A stretch of DNA of 64,000 bases from Sphagnum compactum (taxonomy: Eukaryota). Numbering within the stretch: the stretch's first letter is position 1; every line of letters starts with the position of its first letter. The position numbers and the translations under genes were made by a program. The DNA is taken from positions 28,200,213 to 28,264,212 of the forward strand of contig OZ234493.1 of NCBI GenBank assembly GCA_965153455.1, in the 5' to 3' direction. Below, piece after piece: positions 1-12,141 of the stretch. The notes under the pieces were generated by a model that saw only the letters and a program-made list of their open reading frames with translations, searched no databases and had not been told where the DNA came from.

Positions 1-553
1 AGTACCCCAATGGCAAGAACAAAATCAAATATATAATTGGATGATATCCTCCCAGACTCCTTCCATACTTCCAAACCTTTTTGATGATCATATATTTTGC
101 TACAATACTTCAAACCATAGTCCCATATACACAACCATAGCTTCAAGCATCCTTCTCCTTGTAACTGTTCAAATAGGTATCCATCTAGACCTTCTCTCTT
201 TAGTGCCAATTTTCATCAAAATGCTATTAAAAAAAACTTGGGGCTGCAACCCCTACAAGGTTTTTTTGGGGGAAATTTTTGAAATTTTTCAGTCATTGGT
301 AAACGAGTGCATTAATGCTTTCAAGACCTTTATATCAGGGCACACACCCCCTTTATGAAGTCCAATCCAATGATATAGTTCCTTGCATGGATCTACTTAC
401 CTACTCGGAACTTGAAACTTGAATCTGCACAAAATATCCATTGATGATATCGGATGTAGGAAACACATCTTGCACATTAAAATTCGGTAGTTGTTGGGCA
501 CATAGATGAACCCTTGTCAAAATTGCGCCGTAAAATGTTAGTGAATTATAAGT

Positions 554-573
554 ATTATTATTATTATTATTAT
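554..573. repeat. (TAT)n microsatellite
   Basis: Run of tattattattattattatt seen directly; it explains the poly-Y/poly-N tracts in the short ORFs 514..795 and 401..628. Confidence 0.9.
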
Positions 574-2671
574 TGCAAATGCATTGGAACAATATATGAA
601 TGTCCTGGGAAAGGAATGGTACGATCATTGAAAACTAATATGAACATGTGCAAGATCCTTTTGAACAGTCCCTTCACACTCCCACTTTTTAGAAATAATT
701 TGCAACCCACATGGAAAAGGAAAGTCGTCTTGCAAGCCTTTTGGAAAGATATTCTCAATTACAATGCATCTATAACGAGCGCATCTTGCCAATAATAGAT
801 AGATGAAAGGGCAATCTCACCTCATGATTCATGACCTACGCTTAGATATATATACACCCAAACAATGAATCATGGGACATGTGCATTGAAATGGTAGTTG
901 CCATCATTTTTTTAAAGGCATCTCATCCAATCCATCATAGCATTGAACTTTTCAATAATTTATCTTAGCTGATATGACATGGTTTAGGGTTCGTATTTTA
1001 CGATGCACATTGTAACGTAGTTTTATTACTCATGTTTAAGTGTTTAAACATCCAATATTATCACCAAGCTTTGAAACTTTACATGTGAAAGGTATTTGAA
1101 ACTTGTTGAATTGAATGTATATTGAGTTTTGAAGCTCAACCTCAATATACCTTTGATTAATAAATCACAGATTTCTCTACTTGTCACTTGATATGCCAAA
1201 TTGTTTTAACCAATTTCTTTACTATTTGTTCAACAAATTTTGCAATCTTCACTTGAATTCCAAATTATGTAATATTTTAGTTATAGGTGAAAGAATTGCA
1301 ATGCTAGAATGTAGGAAAAAAGACTTCCCATGACAACGACCATTTCAAGGCTTGTGTTGCTACTCCAACATTGTCTTTATAACATCAGTGTAAAGATCAC
1401 ATAAACATGTCACATCATCAATAATATAGGGCAAAAACCAAAAAAAAAAATTTGTTTATTCAAATATGATAAATTATTTTGTGTAAACATTTTAGTGTAC
1501 AGTCTTGTTGCAAGTTTGGCAACATCAATGTGAGAGTTGATCTTTGTTTATGAAAAATTTGTATTTCAAAACTATAAAATTGGTGTTCACATGATGTTTT
1601 GAAAATATTAGTTACCCCTATGAAAAACATGGATTGATTTATGTTTTGAACAAATATGTCAAGTAGTGTAACTAAATTGTTGTCATTGACAAATAAACTC
1701 CCCAAAATTTGAGGATAAGGGCCATGAACACTATTCAACTAAGAAGCATTCTTTATATTGTTTTCAGCATGAATGCTTCCAAGGCTTTCACAGTCTCAAA
1801 TTATTGTATCCAAACAAATGTGAATAATGACTAATAGTGAGAGCTTTTGAACATTGGTAGCTATTGGTGAGTCCACATGTGGTAGTAATTAGGTGTCTAA
1901 ACAATGAGTTTATTTTATCATGCTTCCAAAACATGAATAAAATAGTAAATTAAAATCAAACAAAGAAGTAATGCACCCTAAAATTTGGATTTTTCTTATT
2001 TAACTTGTAAAGCTAGTCAACTACTTGTGTGACTCAAGTGAGTTGGTGAGTCATCAACTGAAAATAGGTAGGATATATTGTTAAGAAAATGCTTAATAAC
2101 ATTTCTATTGCTCAAAATATAAGGATTTAGTTTGGGCTTGTGTGATTTGCAAGTTATAGCCTAGAATAAAGTTGTCTATTTAACATTGAATTTGATGCCA
2201 AGTTTCATGTTCAAAATTCTCATTGTTCGTGATGTTTGGAAGTTTTGCACATATATCATGACAACATAATGCATAACCATGATGTATTTGGATATTGTTA
2301 ACATGCATTTTTAGTAAGGTTGAGTGATACAATTTGTTAATCATATTCTTAGCATTTTAGAACATAAATTTTTTCGAGTGTGTAGCAAACTACTTCATCG
2401 TGTCAACCCATTTAAGTCTTACATGTCCACATCTAATGTTCAAGATCAGACGTAGTGTGAAGCAATGTCATTCCCAAGGCCTATCCAAACACGGCAAATG
2501 CTAATGCATGAGCCATGAGCATTGAACAAAATTTTATGAACTTGAATCAATAATAAATTGTTGTTGATGGATGAATGGTGATGAATGTTGGATGAATGTC
2601 TATGAATGAAATTGATTATTCTTTTCATTTTGATTTAACTTTTAAAGCATTTTTTACATGCGGTAAATATA

Positions 2672-3489
2672 TGTCGCAACCCCACTTTGAGGCAAGTGTG
2701 AGGATGAAACTCACACTCCCAAAAGTGGGAACTTGGAGTCCTCTGGGACTCTTGAAAATTCAGAACTTGATTGCAAGGGTCAAAACACCTTGCATTAACG
2801 TGTTCTTTATACCGTTGTAAAGGTCTTGAAGTGTAGATGTCGAAAATGGCCTCGCATGAGCCATTTAGACATCTGCAACACAAGTTATGGTCGAAAGAAA
2901 GGTGGGAATCAAACTGGCAGTTTGACTCCCGACCACTAAAAGTCGAGACTCGACCCGATCCCGGTGTGTGTAGGTGGAGGGCGACACACCATTGAAAAGC
3001 TGTTGAGGAGAGCTACAAATTTGCTTCAGACCTCATCCTAATCGGAGGTCTAAGCTGGGAGTTATGAGCTTCCAAAGTCTCAGGAGTCCAAACCGGGACA
3101 GTTTCGGGACTCCTCCTTGGGAGTCCCGGGACAAAAAGCCATTCGGATGTAAGTGCCGTGGGCAAACGCAGAGATTTTTATATGGGGGAAGGTGGTGGCT
3201 TCCCCCGAGTCCGGGCCGTGGTGAGTCAAGTGAGTCCGTGTTGCCCGTGGCTTGTCCTAACACCAAGAGTGATTCCGATTGTGATCTAACCAACTTGTTG
3301 GTTGGTTTTGATGCAGGACCGAGTAACTAAATACGTTGTCCCTCTTCCTAGTCTAATCCCGGAGCTTTAAGCACGCCCCTCTCACCCCTTTAGTGTTGGA
3401 AGCTGGGAGCGGAACCAAGTTCTAACTACTTCCGCTCTTTAACAGAGTTGGACCCTTTTGGGTCTAACAAGGAACTTGGGGGCGTGTCA
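2672..3489. mobile_element. Solo LTR (818 bp) of an LTR retrotransposon with 5-bp target-site duplication
   Basis: GC-rich island in AT-rich DNA. It starts TGTCGCAACCCC and ends GGGGCGTGTCA (TG...CA, imperfect terminal inverted repeat). ATATA flanks it on both sides (2667-2671 and 3490-3494). No internal coding region. Confidence 0.9.
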
Positions 3490-6400
3490 ATATATTTGAT
3501 TTTGCTTAGTATATCATATAATTGTTTTCAAGCCAGAAAAAAAAAAATCAAAGTTTCAAACATGCAACATTTAGTTTAAAAAGATGAACATAAAAGGATA
3601 AAGAAAAGTGTTAAGGTTCCAAAGGACAAGAAAAAAGATTTGAAACCAAGTATCATCAAATGAACCAATCATGAATATGTTCAATTGTTCCTCTTCCACA
3701 TTGAATCTCTCACATGATTTGAAAGCCTCTAAGTCTAGAAAGACTTCAACTCCATGTAGATTACATATGTGAGAATTCTTTTTTTGCTTCATAGAAACAA
3801 TAACACTACTATTGGTGGTTTGAAAATCTAGCTCAATGGATTGCATAGCTTCATTTTTTTATCCATGGAAGAAGGTATGGGGAAAATGGTGGGCTCTTTG
3901 GTACACTATCAATGATGGATCACAACCTTGAGGTTCATCATGTACAATGAAGAACTAGTGTCAACAAACATGCAATTTGAAGAATAGAAAAATTTCACAA
4001 ATACAAGAACATGAATCATAGAATGTAAGGACCTTCACTTACACACTATGACATTGATGAAAGTTGGAATTCGCAAATCTTTTGAAGAAGAGGATCATCA
4101 TTGTCATCATCTTCATCAACAAATTCATGTGTTTCTATAAGCATAGGCATAGTTCGATTAGACGTTTATAGCATAACTTGCTTACCCGTCTCAAAGAATT
4201 ACAAGTTTGATGCCTTCTTAGCATACACAAAATATTGAACACCAAGCTCTACACACAAGTAAAACAAGAGGTTAAAGTCAAATATAAAAAACACATTAAT
4301 GAAATAAGTGTGATAGATGACAAATGGCACCAACATTGTAGTTGGATTCTTCCTTTTTAGTTTTTGTGTACAATGGAATGGAATTAATGCAATAATATTT
4401 TTCTTTCAACTCAAACGTAGAACTTCCCTTGGCACAATATTTCATTTGCCCCAAAGAATTCACATCAACTCCTCGGATGAAAATTATGCATTCATTGTTT
4501 TGAAGGAAGGAATTAGTAAGACCAAAAGTGTAGTTCCAATATTCAAGCTTGAAAATGTTCCATAGCAAAATGCTTTGGGCATAAGACAACCAGTTACAAG
4601 GTTGCCATTAGGGCAATCAACAAGGATCAAGTCCATTGCATGGCTTGCTTCTTGCCATTAACAACATTAAGATGTCCATTTGAAACTTGAACACAAAGAA
4701 ACTTGCAATAATACATGCATGGTTATATAACAAAACTATAGTGAATGTTATAAGGAAATGCAAATCATTTTTGAAGGCATGTGATATTACCTTCGTGAAG
4801 AAATAATATAGTTCTTTCAAAGGAAGTGACATGACCGTTGTGTCCCAATTAGTATCATCAAGCATCATGATGAATTAAATTGGGAGTACCTTCATCTCAA
4901 ATATTGAACTTTGGTCATGAGATAGAAGTGGAGCAATAGCATATGGGTGTTCTTGTGATTGTTGGTTAACATGGATAAAAGATGATGGAACACCCATTCG
5001 AGAAGAGCCCAATGGTGAAAATGGAATGAAAGAAATAAGATCTTTCAAAGGCTTGAAAGTAGCCTTTTGATGTTTTGTTTATTTTTTCCCCACTCTTGGC
5101 CTTAGGTTTTGTTGCTTGACACACAATAGTAATTTTTTTGACATCCACCATGAAAGCCATTTGTTTAGAATCATGAAGCTCTTCTATGGGCAAATCAACT
5201 TGCGTAGCTTCTTCCAATTACAATGTCAAGGCTTGGCAAGTTCAATAACAGTTTCTAAATGAAGAATAACAGTTTTAGGAAGGTCCAAGTACAATCATCC
5301 TCCATCTAGGTGGGCATGAACATAATCCAATATGTTGGTGGGTGTGTGCATGGAAGCATTAGAAGAAAACTTCCATGCTAGGAAGAAAGGGGGATCCAAG
5401 GGGGATCCTTTTTCAAATGACCTTGAACCATGAAGACAAGTTTGATGTATATGTACAAAGAAAAAAAAAACCAAAATTACAACAAATGTAAAGAGAAGAT
5501 TAAAACATGAATAGGAAAGAAATTGAAATATGAATATTGAAAAACAATGACATGAAAATATATTAACTTGAAATGATTGTTTTTGTAGCTTTTACATTTC
5601 TTGGTTTGTCATCCCATTCATAAACATGATAATGGGGATTTTATTGTCATTTAATTCTCGAAAGAAAACATTTTGAAAATGGGCAAGCCTCCATTTGTTG
5701 ATGTATTCCCCCATTGTTTTAGATGTTCCATCTTCAACAACAATGTGATGGTTGTCATCAACTTCATGATAAAGATGAAACTGTTCAATATGCTTTTGGA
5801 AATTGCATACATTAAAAAGAAAAGTGGCAATTTACAACTGGTCCTTGCAACTAATTTTTAGTCACAAGCAAAATTTACAACTAAAATCTCATTATTGGCA
5901 TTGAACAAGTTGCATACAACATTAGTCCCAAACAATAATGAGTTTTGGATGAAAGAAAAAATCAATGAAATACATTTTCATCCTATGAATATATACATAT
6001 TTTTGTTTACAACTAAAATGCAACTATTTTGGTGGACAATGACCCCAAACGATGTGTTGAATGTGTCCCATCTTTTAGTTATTTTAAATATTCTAAATAT
6101 AATTCTGAAATAATTTAAAAAGTTCAATTTATATGTTTAGATGGTTTTAGATTATGATATGTGGCACATAAAAAATGTGATAGATGAAGTTTCTTCAAGT
6201 TTCTTTAATTTTCTTTTTAATTCAAGAAAAGTTGATCATTGAAAATTGTAAGGAAGTTTTTGGAGGGTGTGCAAAGGTTGCAACAAGGTGTGTAACACTT
6301 ATGAGAAGCTTGGAATAGTGAAATGCAATGCTTGCATGAAGGTTACAATAGCAAGTGTAATGTTTGTGAAATGGTTGTTAGGCTTGTCAATGAATGAGAG

Positions 6401-7299
6401 CAAGGAATTTTGGATGGAAGGGGTTATGAAATCATCAAAAAGATTAACAAGTTATTAACAATGGTCTACTAACTTCATTGGTAGTAGTTAGAATTTTTAA
6501 TTTTCAATTTTTTTGAAATAACTTAATCTTAATCACGACCACATATTAGATGTGGTCATTAATGAGTCATGTAAAAACTCCACAACAATTACTTGTCAAT
6601 TAGATGCCAAGATATGTGAAATATGCTAGTTTATGTTCATTTTACTAATGACTTTATCTTCATGTGTGAACATACCTTATGTAAGTTAAGTGATGTTAGC
6701 AACTAACATTCTCTGTTTTATTAACACTTGGTGTGGAGAGAAGTAGTAGGCGCAAATTATATCCTAGAATTACTCTTTGCCTACTTAAAACAATACAAAT
6801 TTCACTATTGTTCATTCTACTCAAATTTTATTTCCTCTTTAAAATAGAATTTGTGGTCAGAATATAATTAGATTATCAAAAAGCCAAAACACAACAATAC
6901 ATAGTAAAATCCATGTTTCTTCATCAAATCCACACTTCTTTCTTTATTTGGAATTGAATCATATAAAAAAATTGTAATCTTAAAGGTAGAAATTAAAACT
7001 AAAAACATGAAAAATCTATGGTTTCAAATACCATCAGAACTCTCGAATCATATTGTATTTCTCTGTCTAATTCTAACAACTCTCTAAATCTCACTTTGTG
7101 TGTAAAAAAATAATCTTCCAACTCTAACAATTTCTAGAATTACATCCTAAGTCATTTCCTTCCAAAAGTAGTTCAAAATCAAATGTCCATCAATTTAATC
7201 CTATATAGTTCATTCACTACCTTGTTTAATCCCTACCATTCTCCTAATCTATTCTACCTTGGTTTATCATTGCCACACACCAAGTAACATTACCTTCCC

Positions 7300-9720
7300 T
7301 CCACTCTGGATTTTGTCCTCAAAATTCTTGCTTCAGTAGAAAAAAATTTACTCTTCAAATCATTATGTCAATCATCTATGGTTTGGTCTATTCTTCCTGA
7401 ATTGCTAGTATTATTACTTGCACCTCAATATGTGGTCTTTTATGGCCTTTAGATGTTGCATTTACTTGAAATACTGAATTTTCAAATAGTGGTGTTGTTG
7501 TACCTTCTTGGTCTTGTTCTTATGTATGATCCACCACCTACTTCACACCTTCAACTAATTTCCTCTATGTGCTAGTATCATCATTTATTACTTTTATCTC
7601 TTGTTGTGAAGCTGTCTTTGCTTGTTCCTAGCTACCATAGTTGGAGTATCTTGTCCTTTTCCCCTTAAATTCTATGGTTCTTCTAGTTGTTTCTCCTTGA
7701 TTGTTCCACTCCATTTAGCTTCCTCCACCTCCTATACAAGATTGGACAATTTTGAACTATCTAGACTACAATAAATAAAATTTACAAAGGCTTTCTTGAA
7801 GGCAAATAAATGTCTTCTGTAGGTGGCCTCATCCCATTGAATAATATTGTATGAACTCATCATATTCTTCCAATATGTTGTTGACATATGTTGGATCCAA
7901 ATCCTTGTTCTTCTCCACCAAGTCATCTAGCTTTGATTTGGTTTTGACCATCTCTTGTCTTAATTTATTCACCTCAATGATTGCTTGCTCCTTGTCCTTT
8001 TTTGCCTTTTGTTTATGGGGCTCCTCTGCTACAATCATGTTTTTCATCTACAGAATTTGTACCGTCATCTTTTCCATGGTTTGATTTTTGGTCTCCTATT
8101 CCTGCAACCATGGTTCCTTCTCTCTTTCCAAGCCCTTAGCCTTATGTTTATACTCTATCAATGCTTTTTGATATGCATGGTTTGCATCATTCCGTGCCTC
8201 CTCTTTTTTCTTCAACTCCTAGCATTCCATCTATAACTTTGTCCATTCCATCATCCTCCTTTTGAACTCCTTATTTTTTGCAGTTAGTTGCAGCATTTTC
8301 ACATTGGCTTTCTTTTTTGTCTCCTTATGTTTTGCCAAGTTACTATACATAGTCTATACTTTTCATATTCTTCCTACTCTTGCTTCATTTGTTTCAGCAA
8401 TCCCTACCTTTCCCCCTCTACTATGGTTAATATGGTTTTTAATGACTTGACTTCCAAACCCAAATTACCCATTTTTTGACTCACAATTGCCATTGCTTGA
8501 AATATTTTAACAATTTTGTTACTTCCCAATACATTTTTTGCGATCTCTTCTACAGATTTAGGTGTCAAATTATGTGGAGTCTTTTCCTTAGAAGCATCTT
8601 TTGATGACATACCCCTGTCCCTCATCTATAAGCCCAAATCCATATCCAATCCTTGCCCTTCTACTAATCATAGTCTATTTTGTGGTAACACTATGGCAGG
8701 TGGTCTAAAATCATTAAATGTTGGTCCTAATAGGACCATTTGTGGTTCCTTAGATGGATGTGACTATTGTTTTTCCATCTGTGGTTGTGGGAACTATACC
8801 TTCATTGGAACCTCCTCATGTGGATTGCCATCTGAGCATAAAAATCATATAAGTCATCCACTGCATCATATTGCATATGTTTGTGTTACTTTTGCAATGT
8901 TGCTATTGCACTTGAGGTGATTTGTTCCTTTTTAATTAATCTATTGCTACTGCTCCCTCCTTTCTTGCTCCTATTTTGAACTATGATCCCTCTATGGTTT
9001 GGATGGATTATGTCTAGTAACCACTCCTGGAACTATAACTCATGTTGGTCTAGTACTTCCACACATAATTTTCTAAGGTCTAGCATCCTCTCGTGACTTC
9101 TTTTGTTGTTTTGATCCTTCTCTAATCTCATATGTGTTCTAACTTTTTTAAAGAAACTTTGGAGATCCCCTTGTTACTCTCCTCCTATTTTCCAAACTTG
9201 TTACAACTCCTCCTTAAACCTTTTGGATTTTTTAAAAATATGTGTTGTCTTTTTTGTTGTAACCTCAAAATCCTTGTAAACATGTACCTGAACAATATTT
9301 CCAGAACCAATGCCAAATGATAGATTTCCTTTTTGTCTTCTTGTTTCCACCTATTTACATTTTCTCCTGCATCTTTATCCATCTATCCAACTCGTTGCAC
9401 AGATTAATGAACAAAATTTGTGCCCAATCTACCTTAATTCCCTCCTCTACCTTCATGAATGTTAGTGCATTCTTGTTGCTCATGTAATTCATCGTCTTCT
9501 TCTAATAGATCAAAATATAACCATAGGATATTTAACACTAATTGGTAGTTTAACATTTCTTAACATTCCACTAGTCTACGTTGGAGTATGGAAGTTTGAT
9601 ATCATGTTTGAACAATAATTCTTCTACTAATATTTTGGTCACCTATCCTTTAGGATCCTCTACATAACCATTTTAATAGACACCAAAGGCATCAGCTATT
9701 AAATGCTTGTTAATGACATA
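7300..9720 (-). mobile_element. Degraded mobile-element-derived ORF relic (charged coiled-coil region)
   Basis: Collinear minus-strand fragments rich in K/E (7829..8047, 8404..8625, 9185..9382, plus YMSNKNALTFMKVEEGIKVDWAQILF near 9420-9490), broken by many stops with no splice pattern. The family is not identifiable by eye. Confidence 0.4.
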
Positions 9721-9759
9721 CACTAACCTTGAAAACCTTCATAATTGAAAGTCAACTAT

Positions 9760-9980
9760 GAATTAACTAAAACTTAATTGAAAGTTAATTAGGACTTAAT
9801 TTGACGTTGACTAAAAATCAACTGGGAGTTAATTAGGAATTAGTTGAGAGTTAATTAGGAGTTAATTTCGACTTAAGTGGGAGTTAACTGAGAGTTAACT
9901 TGAACTTAACTATAATTTAACTAGGACTTAACTCAAAGTTAACTAGAATTTAATTAAGACTTAATTGAAAGTTAACTAAA
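9760..9980. repeat. Degenerate ~11-bp tandem repeat (GAGTTAA[C/T]T[A/G]G-like)
   Basis: Successive units such as gggagttaatt, gagagttaatt, ggagttaactg, agagttaactt, ggacttaactc. Confidence 0.7.
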
Positions 9981-10263
9981 AATTATGGATGAACATTATG
10001 AATGAATTCCATCCATTAGATGATGGTGTCTAATGTTTGCATCCGTCACACAAACCAACCTTACTAGCCCATGCCTTTTCTTTCTTTCCCATTTTTTTCC
10101 ACACTTCAAGTCTCTTCACCTGCTTAGAATAACTCTATTTGGTTGGAATAAAAAAATATTTGTTCTCATCTGGGATCTTAATTCCTCTTTCTGCCAAAGT
10201 CTTCTAATCCATTTTTCGCTAAAGGTTTTGTTTATTTGAGAATTTGAAGCGAACAAACGATAC

Positions 10264-10920
10264 ATGTACCCCTCTACTAGATGCCATTATTTATCGACAC
10301 ATGGTGGGCAAGCTGATTTATTGCACAATATTCATTTGGACTTAATGTTTGCAGTTGGACTAGTCAACCAGGACATGGCCACTTCCGAGGAAGCTCATAT
10401 GGCTGCAGTGAAGCATATTTTCAAATATGTGAAGGGTGCTACTGACTTTGGATTACTTCATAGAAAAGGATCAAGTAATTTGCTTAATGGGCATACTGAT
10501 GTTGATTGGGCAGGAAACAGCAATAGTTGGCATTCGACTGCAGTCAGAATGGGGACCAGCACTATGACATGGTGCTCAAAAAGCACCCCATTGTTTCTCT
10601 TTCTTCAATGGAAGTTGAGTGCTGTGCTTTTATAAAAGGTGCAAAAATGTGTACTTGGCTATGAAGATTGTATGAAGAAATCTGAGTTTTAGATTCTGAA
10701 CCTACTGCGATCTTCTCTGACAATGAGAGCAGTATGAAAATTGCTTGAAAACCCGTGTTTCATGATTGTATGAAATATAGAGAGGTTCATTACCATTCCA
10801 TTTGTGAAAATCTAGAAAATGAGGAGATTGAGTTAGTTCATTTTCCATCTGAAGATCAAATTGTCAATTTGATGGTTGAAGTTAGAGAAGTTTAGAGAAG
10901 ATCTTGGAGTTTGTAGTCTT
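10264..10920 (+). mobile_element. Ty1/Copia pol relic (end of RT and RNase H)
   Basis: HMAAVKHIFKYVKGATDFGL, GHTDVDWAG (Copia Y(S/T)DADWAG), then in a shifted frame SSMEVE, SDNESSMKIA*KPVFH...EVHYH and PSEDQIV, which are the Copia RNase H motifs in order, with stops and frameshifts. Confidence 0.9.
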
Positions 10921-11039
10921 TCTGAAGCTAGACAGAAGGACAAGACAGTAATGCAGAACCCCACTGCCTGCATTTAGCAGGTTTTTGTAAATTGCAGTTT
11001 ACTTCAGTGTTTGGACATAGTGACCACCTTGCTGGAACT

Positions 11040-11513
11040 GAGAGGGGGTGTTAAAACTAAGATCCTGTTTAATTAGGTGTCAGTCCCAACAATGACCTTC
11101 CTCATCTTTTGGTCTTCCAGCTAGATAATGGTCCGATCCTTAGTTGTATAATCTCGTGGTAGTTCTTCATCTCTATCCCTTTATTATTGCTCATCTTGTT
11201 TAATGTGCTTTGGTTGTTGCTCTTGTTAAAAGGAGTCCTCTTTCTTTGTTATGTATTCTGCCCTTTTCTACACTAGTTTAAAATACTAAGTACTTCACTT
11301 AAAGCTCTTATAGAGGGTCAAGAGTTGAATTTCAAGCCCTTGGATGTGTTTGGGTCATCTGGAGATCAACCATTCAATCTCCTAATACAAGCTGATTTGC
11401 AGCTGGGTCATAAAAATAAATGTTTTGACATTTACTGAACAAATTTTAAAATTCAGAACCAAAGCAAATGTGTCCATATAATTCTTTGAACAACCCACCC
11501 AAGATCTTTAACA
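11040..11513 (+). mobile_element. Polypurine tract plus putative 3' LTR of the Copia relic
   Basis: GAGAGGGGG (11040-11048) sits directly before TGTTAAA (11049). The matching inverted end TTTAACA ends at 11513, giving a ~465-bp LTR. The 5' boundary is firm and the 3' boundary is inferred. Confidence 0.65.
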
Positions 11514-12141
11514 TATTTAGAGTAGATACAGTCCAGACAGAAACATTACTTCATTTGAAGTTTCCAGTGTCAAGTCATTGTGTTCTTCATAATCAACTCC
11601 AGAAAAGTTAATAGAAGATCACTAGCTTTTGTGCCAATCCCTATATAAAAAAATCTGAGCCGAAGAAGCCTTGATAGATGTAACAGTCACCAGGTGGAAC
11701 CCACATGCCCAAATACTGCACTACAACTGTTCACAGGTATGCTATGCATTGTTCCATCTGCAGATTGATAATCACCAGTTTGTTTGAGAAATCCAAACCA
11801 CTAGATGTTTCTTGTGGTGATTGCAGGAGAAAGATGGGTGATATCATATGGGCTTCCCATCTGCCATAGTACCTAGAACTTTCTTCATTTTAGGACACTT
11901 TGTCCATGGACCTTTAGCCCTAATAAGGCCTCTAGGCACCCGTGATCCTGCTTATTGAGTAGAATGAAACAAGCCAGATCTACATAATTATGAAGTTGAA
12001 TCTAACACAAGACACATCACAGCAGGTTGCCTGCACAATTCTTTTACAGACCCAAAAACTTGTAATCTTATTACACATTAGATTGCAGCCTTACTTCAAG
12101 ATTTGGCAGAACTTTCATCATCAAGGAAGACAAGGGTTTCC

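Noticed and set aside
1..2600. Short ORF fragments suggesting an old coding element (also 3500-6500)
   Set aside because: No diagnostic motif or consistent splice pattern. Probably ancient transposon debris, but it cannot be assigned.
3033..3330. ORFs of 86-88 aa with GC-rich, protein-like composition
   Set aside because: They lie wholly inside the solo LTR bounded by TSDs and have no recognisable domain.
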